Virus record (IMG/VR): IMGVR_UViG_3300026097_000011
Coordinates: 32,001 to 96,000 of that record
DNA: 64,000 bases
Strand: one strand, 5' to 3'
From: a virus
A program made the translations under genes and the position numbers. Positions 46,917 through 54,677 of this stretch are shown here, piece after piece. A model generated the notes under the pieces. That model was not told the origin of the DNA. It saw only the letters and a program-made list of their open reading frames with translations, and did not search any database. Position 1 is the stretch's first letter. Each line of letters opens with the position of its first letter.

Positions 46917-49871
46917 ATGGCCGAAAGAAGGATCAATTTAAATAATTACAAGGCAAGTGGTGTATATACCATAGAAGTAGATGAGAGTGCAAATATAGCA
47001 CTTCCATTAACATCAGGGAGACTTGTAGTAGGTTCAAGTAGAATTGGACCATTCAACACAATCGTTTTAATTAACGACTTAAGAACATTAAAAGCAGTAT
47101 TTGGAGAAATAGACCCGAAACTAGAAAAAGCAGGAGGATATTTCCACAGATCAATCGAAGTAGCGCTTAGAGAAGGTCCAGTGTTTGCATTGAATGTATT
47201 ACCACTAGATACTGAAACAGACATTGATTTAAACCTAGATCAAGCTACTTTTACAACGTTTAACACAGAATCATCTGCAAATAACGAGGATGGAAATCCT
47301 TTAACTAACCCAATTGTTAATTTCTTTAACAAGAGAAGATTATGGTTTGCTGATGCAGAAGAACTTAATAAAACTAAAAACCTAGCAACAGGTGATGATT
47401 TTATATCTAATCCAGGTGGATTTGGAAATACATCAATATCATCTAATAAACTATTATCGTTTGTTAACACAGGAAAAGCCAATACAACAATATGGGTTAG
47501 AAGAGCAGCTACTACTGGTTTTGATATCACGGCCAAAGAATGGTATAATACTATCGGTGGTGGAGAAGAAATTCAATTCCCAGCATATGTAAGTGATGAT
47601 GATTTTATATCAGATTACATGGTTGAGGTAATTATGATTAATGGAAATTGGACAAACTATTTAAAGTTATCTAAAGATCCAATTTACAAACAATTCTTTG
47701 ATGCATCCGGATTAATTGATTCAAGATCATCAGATTTCTTTGCATTGAGAGAGGTTTCAGTTATCAGTAGAACAATTGGATGTTTAATCCCTGATTTTAT
47801 CGATCAAACTGGAAACTCAATTTCAATAGATAGATTAGTTAATAGACTGTTTCCAACTACTGGAATTATGTGTGCTATTGACTCAGACAAATTAGATTTA
47901 ATTGATCTTGAAAATACATCATTTAACGATGTTGAAGTAGATACACATAGAATTGATACAATTGGACATGGTTACGATGAATTAATGTATACAGCGGATG
48001 ATGGAGGGTTTGATTACACAGGAGCAGTTACACCTGCAACTCCACTAATTGACACATTGTCATACTGTAAACCGGCAGATGGAACATTAATATTTTCAGC
48101 TGAGTCAGCTAATACTATTGCAGAGTCAGTGTTCTTAGCCGGAACTGGAATTGCATTAGGAGAAACTAGGGTAATTACAGGAGGTACTAATGTATATATG
48201 ATCGGAATGGCTGATTCTAAAATATATGATGCATATGCTAAAGGATTTATCAGAAATGGTGATATTATCAATGACGGTATTAACCAGTACTATTTAAAAA
48301 TTGAAGATGAATTAACTGTAACAGTTGGTCCATTGGAATTGAATTACATTAGAATTTTTGCATATGCTGATATTTCATTAATTAACAGAGTGGATATTAA
48401 CTTCTATACAAACGGAACAGATGAGTATATACAAATCGAGCCTGAAAATTCTGATGAATTTAAAAAAGTATTTGATTTAACAGATACTAATTTCTTCACA
48501 GATTATTCAGTTACTCAACCAAATGTTATTACACTTGGGATTAATACATCAAATATAGCTAATAAAGCAACAATTGATGAATTCCTTAAAGTAAACCACT
48601 ATATTAAGGGTAAAGTTATTGGAGATACTAGAGATAGACTATTGAAGATTATATCAGTGACATCGTCACAACAATTATCTCCTGCTAGATTAGAATATGT
48701 TGTAACTACAATGGCACCATCAGTTGATGAGATCAGCGGAATTGATGCTACTGGAAATAACCTTAATGTATATAAAGGAATTTCAAACTTTATTGGGGAA
48801 CTTAGAGGTCAGTATTTAAAAGGATTTAAGGTTAGAGAGGCATTATTGCCAAACTCAACTGCAGCTAGACAATCTGAAATATTAAGTTACTTATTTGACT
48901 TTACATCAATTCCGCAAGCACTAGCTGGAAAAGAGGTAATTGATTTTAGATACGTTGTAGATACATACGAGGGAGAAATATCTTCTTCTAGTAAGTATTA
49001 CTTATCTAAGATTTGTGCAATGCACGGTCAATCTATGGCACTTTTAAATGCACCTTCAATTAAACAATTTGAGCAATCAGTAGATCCGAGTTTTATTGAT
49101 ACTACTAATAAGTTGGTATCAACTAGGCACATTTCAACTGGGGGAAATTTGAGTCTTAATCCTAGCTTTACATTTGATTTTGCTGAAGAGGATGTAAATG
49201 GGGTTCCATTATCATCTTATTCAATGTTTAACTTCCCTAACTTAATTATAAGAAACGGAAATAGAAATATATCAGTACCACCAGCAGCATACATATCTAA
49301 CTTATACGTTAGAAAATTCAGAAATGGTCAACCATTCTTGATTGTAGCCGGTGGAAAAAGAGGAGTTATTACAGATCCAGAATTAGTTGGAGTTGAATAC
49401 GAACTTACCGATGAGGATAGAGCATTCTTAGAGCCAATTGGACATAACTTAATAGTTAAAAGAAGAGGATTTGGAACTTTATTGTTCTCGAATAACACGG
49501 CTTATCAAAGAATTAACTCAGCACTTAATAATGCTCACGTTAGAGATAACCTTTCTACAATTGAAAGAGACTTAGCTAGAATCTTATTCAACTTCTTGTT
49601 TGATTTCAATGATGAAATTACAAGACTTAGAGTTAAGACAATAGTTGAAAACTATCTAGACGCAGTAGTTAGTGCAAGAGGATTAAGTTCTTATGACGTT
49701 ATATTCGATAAGAGTAATAATGGTGATGAGGTAATTGAAAACAATGCAGCAATTATCGATGTATTGGTTGATTTCCCAAGAGGAATTCATAAATTCATTA
49801 ATAGAATTACAATTACTAGAGTTGGTGGAGGATTAAGTTCAGAATCTACAGGATTTACACCAAGTTTCTAA
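46917..49871 (+). CDS. Tail sheath protein (gp18-like)
   Basis: SGVYTIEVDES, VGSSRIGPFN, VPPAA, AGGKRG, SALNNAHVR, FDFNDEITR, YDVIFDKSNN. Confidence 0.92.
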   Translation: MAERRINLNNYKASGVYTIEVDESANIALPLTSGRLVVGSSRIGPFNTIVLINDLRTLKAVFGEIDPKLEKAGGYFHRSIEVALREGPVFALNVLPLDTETDIDLNLDQATFTTFNTESSANNEDGNPLTNPIVNFFNKRRLWFADAEELNKTKNLATGDDFISNPGGFGNTSISSNKLLSFVNTGKANTTIWVRRAATTGFDITAKEWYNTIGGGEEIQFPAYVSDDDFISDYMVEVIMINGNWTNYLKLSKDPIYKQFFDASGLIDSRSSDFFALREVSVISRTIGCLIPDFIDQTGNSISIDRLVNRLFPTTGIMCAIDSDKLDLIDLENTSFNDVEVDTHRIDTIGHGYDELMYTADDGGFDYTGAVTPATPLIDTLSYCKPADGTLIFSAESANTIAESVFLAGTGIALGETRVITGGTNVYMIGMADSKIYDAYAKGFIRNGDIINDGINQYYLKIEDELTVTVGPLELNYIRIFAYADISLINRVDINFYTNGTDEYIQIEPENSDEFKKVFDLTDTNFFTDYSVTQPNVITLGINTSNIANKATIDEFLKVNHYIKGKVIGDTRDRLLKIISVTSSQQLSPARLEYVVTTMAPSVDEISGIDATGNNLNVYKGISNFIGELRGQYLKGFKVREALLPNSTAARQSEILSYLFDFTSIPQALAGKEVIDFRYVVDTYEGEISSSSKYYLSKICAMHGQSMALLNAPSIKQFEQSVDPSFIDTTNKLVSTRHISTGGNLSLNPSFTFDFAEEDVNGVPLSSYSMFNFPNLIIRNGNRNISVPPAAYISNLYVRKFRNGQPFLIVAGGKRGVITDPELVGVEYELTDEDRAFLEPIGHNLIVKRRGFGTLLFSNNTAYQRINSALNNAHVRDNLSTIERDLARILFNFLFDFNDEITRLRVKTIVENYLDAVVSARGLSSYDVIFDKSNNGDEVIENNAAIIDVLVDFPRGIHKFINRITITRVGGGLSSESTGFTPSF

Positions 49872-49894
49872 TTTAAAGATTCAAGTATATAAAG

Positions 49895-49924
49895 AAAAAG
49901 CCTAATCGAAAGATTAGGCTTTTT
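49895..49924. terminator. Bidirectional intrinsic terminator
   Basis: AAAAAGCCTAATC-GAAA-GATTAGGCTTTTT between convergent genes. Confidence 0.9.
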
Positions 49925-49927
49925 AGC

Positions 49928-50055
49928 TATTATAAGAGGCCTATGGTGGTTCCCGCGGATAGCCATTACCATACTAACTACCTTCGAGTGTATTTCTACA
50001 CTATTCTATTTTATTCACGTGGACATTACTCCTCAACCTTTTACGCATTATAATA
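49928..50055 (-). ncRNA. Candidate structured RNA in groES 3' region
   Basis: Nested inverted repeats; AGUGUA-GAAA-UACACU hairpin on the minus strand. Confidence 0.4.
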
Positions 50056-50056
50056 T

Positions 50057-50356
50057 CTATTCATATTCGTCAAGTTCGATATCAGTGATATCATCAAGAA
50101 CTGCCATGATTTCATTTGACATAATCATGTAGTGTTTTTCACCTTTATATTTAAGTTCTGCTCCAGCAAATCTATTACATAGAACTAAATCTCCAGGTTT
50201 TACTGCCATTTCATTGTGGTGTGTTCCATCTCCACAAGCAATAACAGTACCGATATTTGGTCGCTTAACTGCTTTTTCAGGAAGCATAATTCCACTCTCG
50301 GTTTTTGTTTCTTTTTCGTTCGGTTTTATTAAAACTCTTTCGTATAATGGTTTCAT
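50057..50356 (-). CDS. groES: Co-chaperonin GroES
   Basis: KPLYERVLIK, KTESGIMLP, GTVIACGDG, VKPGDLV. Confidence 0.93.
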   Translation of the reverse strand: MKPLYERVLIKPNEKETKTESGIMLPEKAVKRPNIGTVIACGDGTHHNEMAVKPGDLVLCNRFAGAELKYKGEKHYMIMSNEIMAVLDDITDIELDEYE

Positions 50357-51495
50357 ATTATTGAAGGATTATTTTTTAAATTAGTAAAATTTTTAAAGCT
50401 GAATTTTGTAAACTCAGATCTCTTAATATTAGCTTTGAGACTATCCTGGATCACACTTGGGAACAGTTTACTTGAGAGTCTAATGATTCTAGTATTAAAC
50501 AAAAAGTGTTTTCTAATGTCTCTTAATTGATCAATCTCAGATACCTTATTAAGCATGCTAATATGTTTAACTACGAAATTAATAAAGGTTTCATCTAGTG
50601 CATCTAATAAATCAATTGATTTTGTACCGAATTCATCTGATATGATCTCGATCAATTTTTTAGTCTTAGTAGGTGTCATTTTATCCATTTTAGGAATATT
50701 ATCCTTTTTATCTCCTCTAAATATTTTAGTGAAGACGTCAACTACTGGATCTATTACATACTCGACATAATCTTTATTTTTAAAAGCGTCTATTGTTTGA
50801 ACGATTGTAGATTCAGCGAAATGAGATTCGTTCAATGAAAAGAAATTATCCTCTTCATCTTCTGCAAAATCAGAATTAAGTTCCATAGGAACACATATTT
50901 TTTTATGCTTACGTTGTTGCTTTGGATAAATCACAATTACATTCTTTCTAGCGGAATATGTAAGTTGAGCGATATCTCCGTCTACAGTATAAACCATAAC
51001 GTCTGTGTTTAACATTTCACATAGATATGCAATTATGTCATCTCCTTCAGTTTCAGGTATTCTGTAATAATTTACTCCGGTCTCTCTTATAATAATTGGC
51101 GCAATTTCATTTTGAAAATAATCAAAAAATAGATAAATCTTATTATCCTTTTTTCTATTGCCTTTATATACGAATTCATCAGGCGATGCGGATGAATCTC
51201 CAGAAGATCCACTATCGAAATACTTTTGAATAAAGTCCTTTCTCCAGCTCCTAGAATCAAATGCTAAATGCACCCGTCCGATCCTTTTACCAGCGGGTGC
51301 AATTAGTGAGTAGAAATAATTTAAGCAGAAATTTCTAAACTGCAATTTAACTTGGTCCTTTATAATAAATTCGCCGTCATTTAAAACGTCTTCAACATAA
51401 TATTGAGCTCCTATTGTTTTATCTCTAAAAGCAATATTTCTCGATACACTAATTGCTACATTTAAATAAGCATTTCCATCTATTACAAAGTCCAT
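50353..51495 (-). CDS. 5'-3' exonuclease / T4 RNase H-like
   Basis: IDGN, FDSRSWRK, YKGNR, EGDD, DGD, GDKKDNIP. Confidence 0.88.
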   Translation of the reverse strand: MDFVIDGNAYLNVAISVSRNIAFRDKTIGAQYYVEDVLNDGEFIIKDQVKLQFRNFCLNYFYSLIAPAGKRIGRVHLAFDSRSWRKDFIQKYFDSGSSGDSSASPDEFVYKGNRKKDNKIYLFFDYFQNEIAPIIIRETGVNYYRIPETEGDDIIAYLCEMLNTDVMVYTVDGDIAQLTYSARKNVIVIYPKQQRKHKKICVPMELNSDFAEDEEDNFFSLNESHFAESTIVQTIDAFKNKDYVEYVIDPVVDVFTKIFRGDKKDNIPKMDKMTPTKTKKLIEIISDEFGTKSIDLLDALDETFINFVVKHISMLNKVSEIDQLRDIRKHFLFNTRIIRLSSKLFPSVIQDSLKANIKRSEFTKFSFKNFTNLKNNPSII

Positions 51496-51505
51496 ATTGT
51501 GTCAT

Positions 51506-51823
51506 TTACGATTTAGAATCTTCTGATACAACTGGATCTGAATCAACAGAAGCAGCTTGATTTGAACTTCTTTTAATTGTCTTAATTGCTTTAGCAACTA
51601 GCTCTGACTCATCTAGATTATATGATCCTTTAGCCTGTGCATAGTTTGCGCTTGCAATAAGAACAAACAACGCTTGATTTACATCTAATTTAGACAAGAA
51701 GTTTTCATAATCCTCGTCTTTCGTATAGGAAATAGTTCCTAATAGGACATTCTTTTGTTCTTGTTCTTGCTCAGTTGTTTTTTGTGCAGTTGATTTAGCT
51801 GCTTCTTTTTTCTTTGGTTCCAT
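51506..51823 (-). CDS. Hypothetical protein
   Basis: 105-aa ORF. Confidence 0.7.
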   Translation of the reverse strand: MEPKKKEAAKSTAQKTTEQEQEQKNVLLGTISYTKDEDYENFLSKLDVNQALFVLIASANYAQAKGSYNLDESELVAKAIKTIKRSSNQAASVDSDPVVSEDSKS

Positions 51824-51849
51824 ATTAATATGATTTATTTTTAATTATA

Positions 51850-52869
51850 TTACATTTCTTCAAACAATGAGTCATACTCATCTTTTTCAGATACTTTATC
51901 TGACTTAGTTTCAGGTTCTAATGGAGTATCATTTGATTTCTCAGATTCAAACTTAACTGGCTCATCAATGATATCACCAGAAGGCGCAGATGCTGTAAGT
52001 TTTCCTGATAATTTAGCAAAAATAGCTTCTTTCATTTTATCATCCTTAGTTCTATCAAGGACCCTATCCAATACTGGACGAGGTTGAATTAAAGATACAA
52101 TATTTTCTGCAACTTTATCAAACTGTTCATCAGTCCATTCTCGATGCATATAGTCTTCAAGTGAAGGTGTATTCTTTTTCAAGAATTCCTGTACTAATCT
52201 AACAGATTTTTCACTATTTTCTGTGACTACGGAAGTGTCTCCTATCTTAAATACGAAAGGTGTGATATCATCCATAAATTTACATTTAGTCCAGTCTCTA
52301 AAAATCTTAGTCTTTTTACCAACTACACATAAGAAATCTTTTCCTTTTAAAAGGTGATATGGATTTACAGATTCAGCAGTTTCGATTAATTCACTTTCCT
52401 CAGGATTAATCTGACTATCAATAATTTGATTGATCTGAGATGAGAATTTAAAGAACTTGATAGTTCCTTCTAATTCTGGTCTCTGTGGATCTTTCTTGAT
52501 ATATACAGGAGACATATTAGTATGCCATCTTGAGAATGCATCTTTTAATTTTTTATGTAATTCTGGCTCTTCTTTCTCAAGTCCTTTAATTACGGTTTCT
52601 ATATCCCAAAGGATAGAAGGTTGTCCAACATTAGATGGGCAATCTACATAAGTTGCTTCTTTTGTTAGTGGGTTGTAAAATTTAGCTGAATACTTAGTAT
52701 ATTTGCTTAATTTCTTGTCGTGGATGTAAGGTAAAAATCTGAAAACAGATTGATATTTTCCACCAAATGCGTTTGGATCAGGATTGTAAATATTCTCATC
52801 CGTCTTTCGTTCGTACGATGATGATTTAGGCTTAAATCCTTCATCTGGTAAATCAAAAAAGTCACTCAT
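51850..52869 (-). CDS. Single-stranded DNA-binding protein (gp32-like)
   Basis: FRFLP, DCPS, IKKDPQRPELEG.IKFFKF, NPY.L.GKDF, acidic C-terminus. Confidence 0.85.
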   Translation of the reverse strand: MSDFFDLPDEGFKPKSSSYERKTDENIYNPDPNAFGGKYQSVFRFLPYIHDKKLSKYTKYSAKFYNPLTKEATYVDCPSNVGQPSILWDIETVIKGLEKEEPELHKKLKDAFSRWHTNMSPVYIKKDPQRPELEGTIKFFKFSSQINQIIDSQINPEESELIETAESVNPYHLLKGKDFLCVVGKKTKIFRDWTKCKFMDDITPFVFKIGDTSVVTENSEKSVRLVQEFLKKNTPSLEDYMHREWTDEQFDKVAENIVSLIQPRPVLDRVLDRTKDDKMKEAIFAKLSGKLTASAPSGDIIDEPVKFESEKSNDTPLEPETKSDKVSEKDEYDSLFEEM

Positions 52870-52906
52870 AGTTAATTATTATTTTTTAGTTGTTTTTAAT
52901 ATCTAT

Positions 52907-52933
52907 ATTATACTTATTTGTTGGTATAAGTTT
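52907..52933 (-). promoter_or_regulatory. AAAC-N16-GTATAAT promoter-like motif
   Basis: Upstream of gp32-like gene. Confidence 0.65.
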
Positions 52934-52949
52934 CACCATTTTTGAAAAA

Positions 52950-52980
52950 AAAAAGGATAACTTTTATAGTTATCCTTTTT
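52950..52980 (-). terminator. Intrinsic terminator after Hc1-like gene
   Basis: AAAAAGGATAACT-TTTAT-AGTTATCCTTTTT with long A-run on plus strand. Confidence 0.85.
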
Positions 52981-53001
52981 CTTTATATTGTCAATCCTGT
53001 A

Positions 53002-53271
53002 TTACTTTCCAGCAATTTCTTCTCTAAGACTTTTAGCTCCATCTTTGATAGTTGCCATTGTTTTAGAATTAGTTGGATTATGGATCGTTTTTCTGATCTC
53101 CTGTAGAGACTTTCTAATACGTCCACCAGCGCTCTTTACGCCTTTGTCGAAGAATTTTTCTACGTCACCGCTTGCTTCAATCTCAGCGATATGATTATCG
53201 ATTTCTCCAAATACTGAAGCTTTTGCTTCTTCTACTGTTGCTTTAAATTGTTCAAAACTATTCATATTCAT
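53002..53271 (-). CDS. Histone H1-like Hc1-family protein
   Basis: DVEKFFDKGVKSAGGRIRKSLQEI matches the EKF.EKGNKAAG.RARK pattern. Confidence 0.72.
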   Translation of the reverse strand: MNMNSFEQFKATVEEAKASVFGEIDNHIAEIEASGDVEKFFDKGVKSAGGRIRKSLQEIRKTIHNPTNSKTMATIKDGAKSLREEIAGK

Positions 53272-53284
53272 TAAATTTTAGTAT

Positions 53285-53311
53285 ATTATACTAGGGAATA
53301 GTTATTGGTTT
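53285..53311 (-). promoter_or_regulatory. AAAC-N16-GTATAAT promoter-like motif
   Basis: Upstream of Hc1-like gene. Confidence 0.65.
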
Positions 53312-54066
53312 TAGATAGAATCAATTATTTTATTCACCCTCGGGTTATTAGTGTCAATTAGTGCATCTGGATAATTCTCTAGGGCATGTATCATCCACAC
53401 TTTAAATACCTCTTCATATTCACTACCAGTTAATTTATCACCTTTTACAAACGGTAGTAGATATTTATCAAATAGTTCATCCAAGCTAGATCCTTCTACT
53501 TTACTTCTCTTATACATTCCTATTACCATAGATTCAATTTCATCAGGTAATAGGAAGTATTTAAAGCTTGAGTTTGCATTTGATCTATCTGCTCCAGAGC
53601 TAGGTCTAATATTAAATGGGTCTCTATTCCATCCAATTTGATTAGTGTGATTTACTTCGTGAGCAATTATATCTGTTAATTTATATTCCAATTCAGTATA
53701 TAAATCAGGCTCACGCTTAGGATTGATAATTAAAGTTATGATTATTTCTGGAATAATTAAATCTGTTTTATTAATATGAGCATTTGCATCAAGTGCAAAT
53801 CCATATTTTTTAAAGTTTATTTCCTCCCATTGTAATTCTTTAAAATGTTCATCGGTTTCAAAATTAGGAGAGGATATTTTCTTAACTTGTATTACTAAAT
53901 CAAATGAGTTATCGCCGTTGTATTCCAGTTTTCTAATTTCAGTATATGAATCGCTATTCACATCTGTTTTCTTAAGTATTTCAATTACGTCCCTTGAATA
54001 TCCTAAACTAGGAACATCAATTGATTCACTTTCATTAATAAATTCATTAAATCCCTTTATTCTCAT
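53311..54066 (-). CDS. Zincin-like HExxH protein, probable internal virion protein
   Basis: IAHEVNHTNQ, YFLLPDEIES; N-terminal MRIKGFNEFINES. Confidence 0.7.
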   Translation of the reverse strand: MRIKGFNEFINESESIDVPSLGYSRDVIEILKKTDVNSDSYTEIRKLEYNGDNSFDLVIQVKKISSPNFETDEHFKELQWEEINFKKYGFALDANAHINKTDLIIPEIIITLIINPKREPDLYTELEYKLTDIIAHEVNHTNQIGWNRDPFNIRPSSGADRSNANSSFKYFLLPDEIESMVIGMYKRSKVEGSSLDELFDKYLLPFVKGDKLTGSEYEEVFKVWMIHALENYPDALIDTNNPRVNKIIDSI

Positions 54067-54557
54067 TATTTAGTTATTATGAATGTTACATCTACTGCGT
54101 CTGTACTAGGTACTTTATCACCGGGTGAGAAAATAACTTCTGTATCTTGAGTTTGTTTTCCTTCCATACCTGACTGAATTGCATGTTTAAATTTTTCAAC
54201 GTGCTTTTGATCTTCTGGTGTAACTGAGTCTTTGATGCCTGCTATATAATCAAACATCGCTTTTCTCTTTACATTAATTGCACTTTTCGCAAGTCCTGTT
54301 GTTTCCTCATCGACGTATGTATCGATCCATTTTTCTAGATCCTCTTTCTTAATATTATATGTTGAATACCTTTTAGATGTACTTCCATCTGGATATTTAT
54401 AATCTATGTTTTCATCACCGTCTATAAATAGAACAGTATATATTGGTTCAGAGGGAGCAGTCGCTTGTGCAGCTCCATCCATTGGCATAGCTCCTCCCAT
54501 GTCCTGCTCAGCAATATAATTAGAAAAGTATTTTAAGTGTTTTAAATTTTTATCCAT
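54066..54557 (-). CDS. Hypothetical late protein, probable internal virion protein
   Basis: Start reassigned to MDKNLKHLKYFSNYIAEQ just after the late motif. Confidence 0.7.
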   Translation of the reverse strand: MDKNLKHLKYFSNYIAEQDMGGAMPMDGAAQATAPSEPIYTVLFIDGDENIDYKYPDGSTSKRYSTYNIKKEDLEKWIDTYVDEETTGLAKSAINVKRKAMFDYIAGIKDSVTPEDQKHVEKFKHAIQSGMEGKQTQDTEVIFSPGDKVPSTDAVDVTFIITK

Positions 54558-54567
54558 CTTAAATTCT

Positions 54568-54581
54568 TTTTTATTATTTAT
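54568..54581 (-). promoter_or_regulatory. Late promoter motif
   Basis: Exact ATAAATAATAAAAA on minus strand. Confidence 0.75.
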
Positions 54582-54584
54582 CAT

Positions 54585-54613
54585 AAGAAAGCCCTCAAAT
54601 CGAGGGCTTTCTT
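54585..54613 (-). terminator. Intrinsic terminator after nrdJ
   Basis: AAGAAAGCCCTC-AAATC-GAGGGCTTTCTT. Confidence 0.85.
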
Positions 54614-54677
54614 TTATTTACAGTTCCAAATAAACTCTTTATAGTATAGAAATGTTATCCAATCGTCCCTTCTCATA

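Noticed and set aside
49980-50040. Hammerhead ribozyme core (UUGAGGA...CGAA)
   Set aside because: Core deviates from CUGANGA/GAAA and stems I-III cannot be assembled consistently
54558-54584. Track start MINNKKEFK for ORF 54066..54584
   Set aside because: These codons are the late promoter motif itself; ATG 54557 is more likely. Extended starts at 13660, 17850, 27537 and 32739 were rejected similarly
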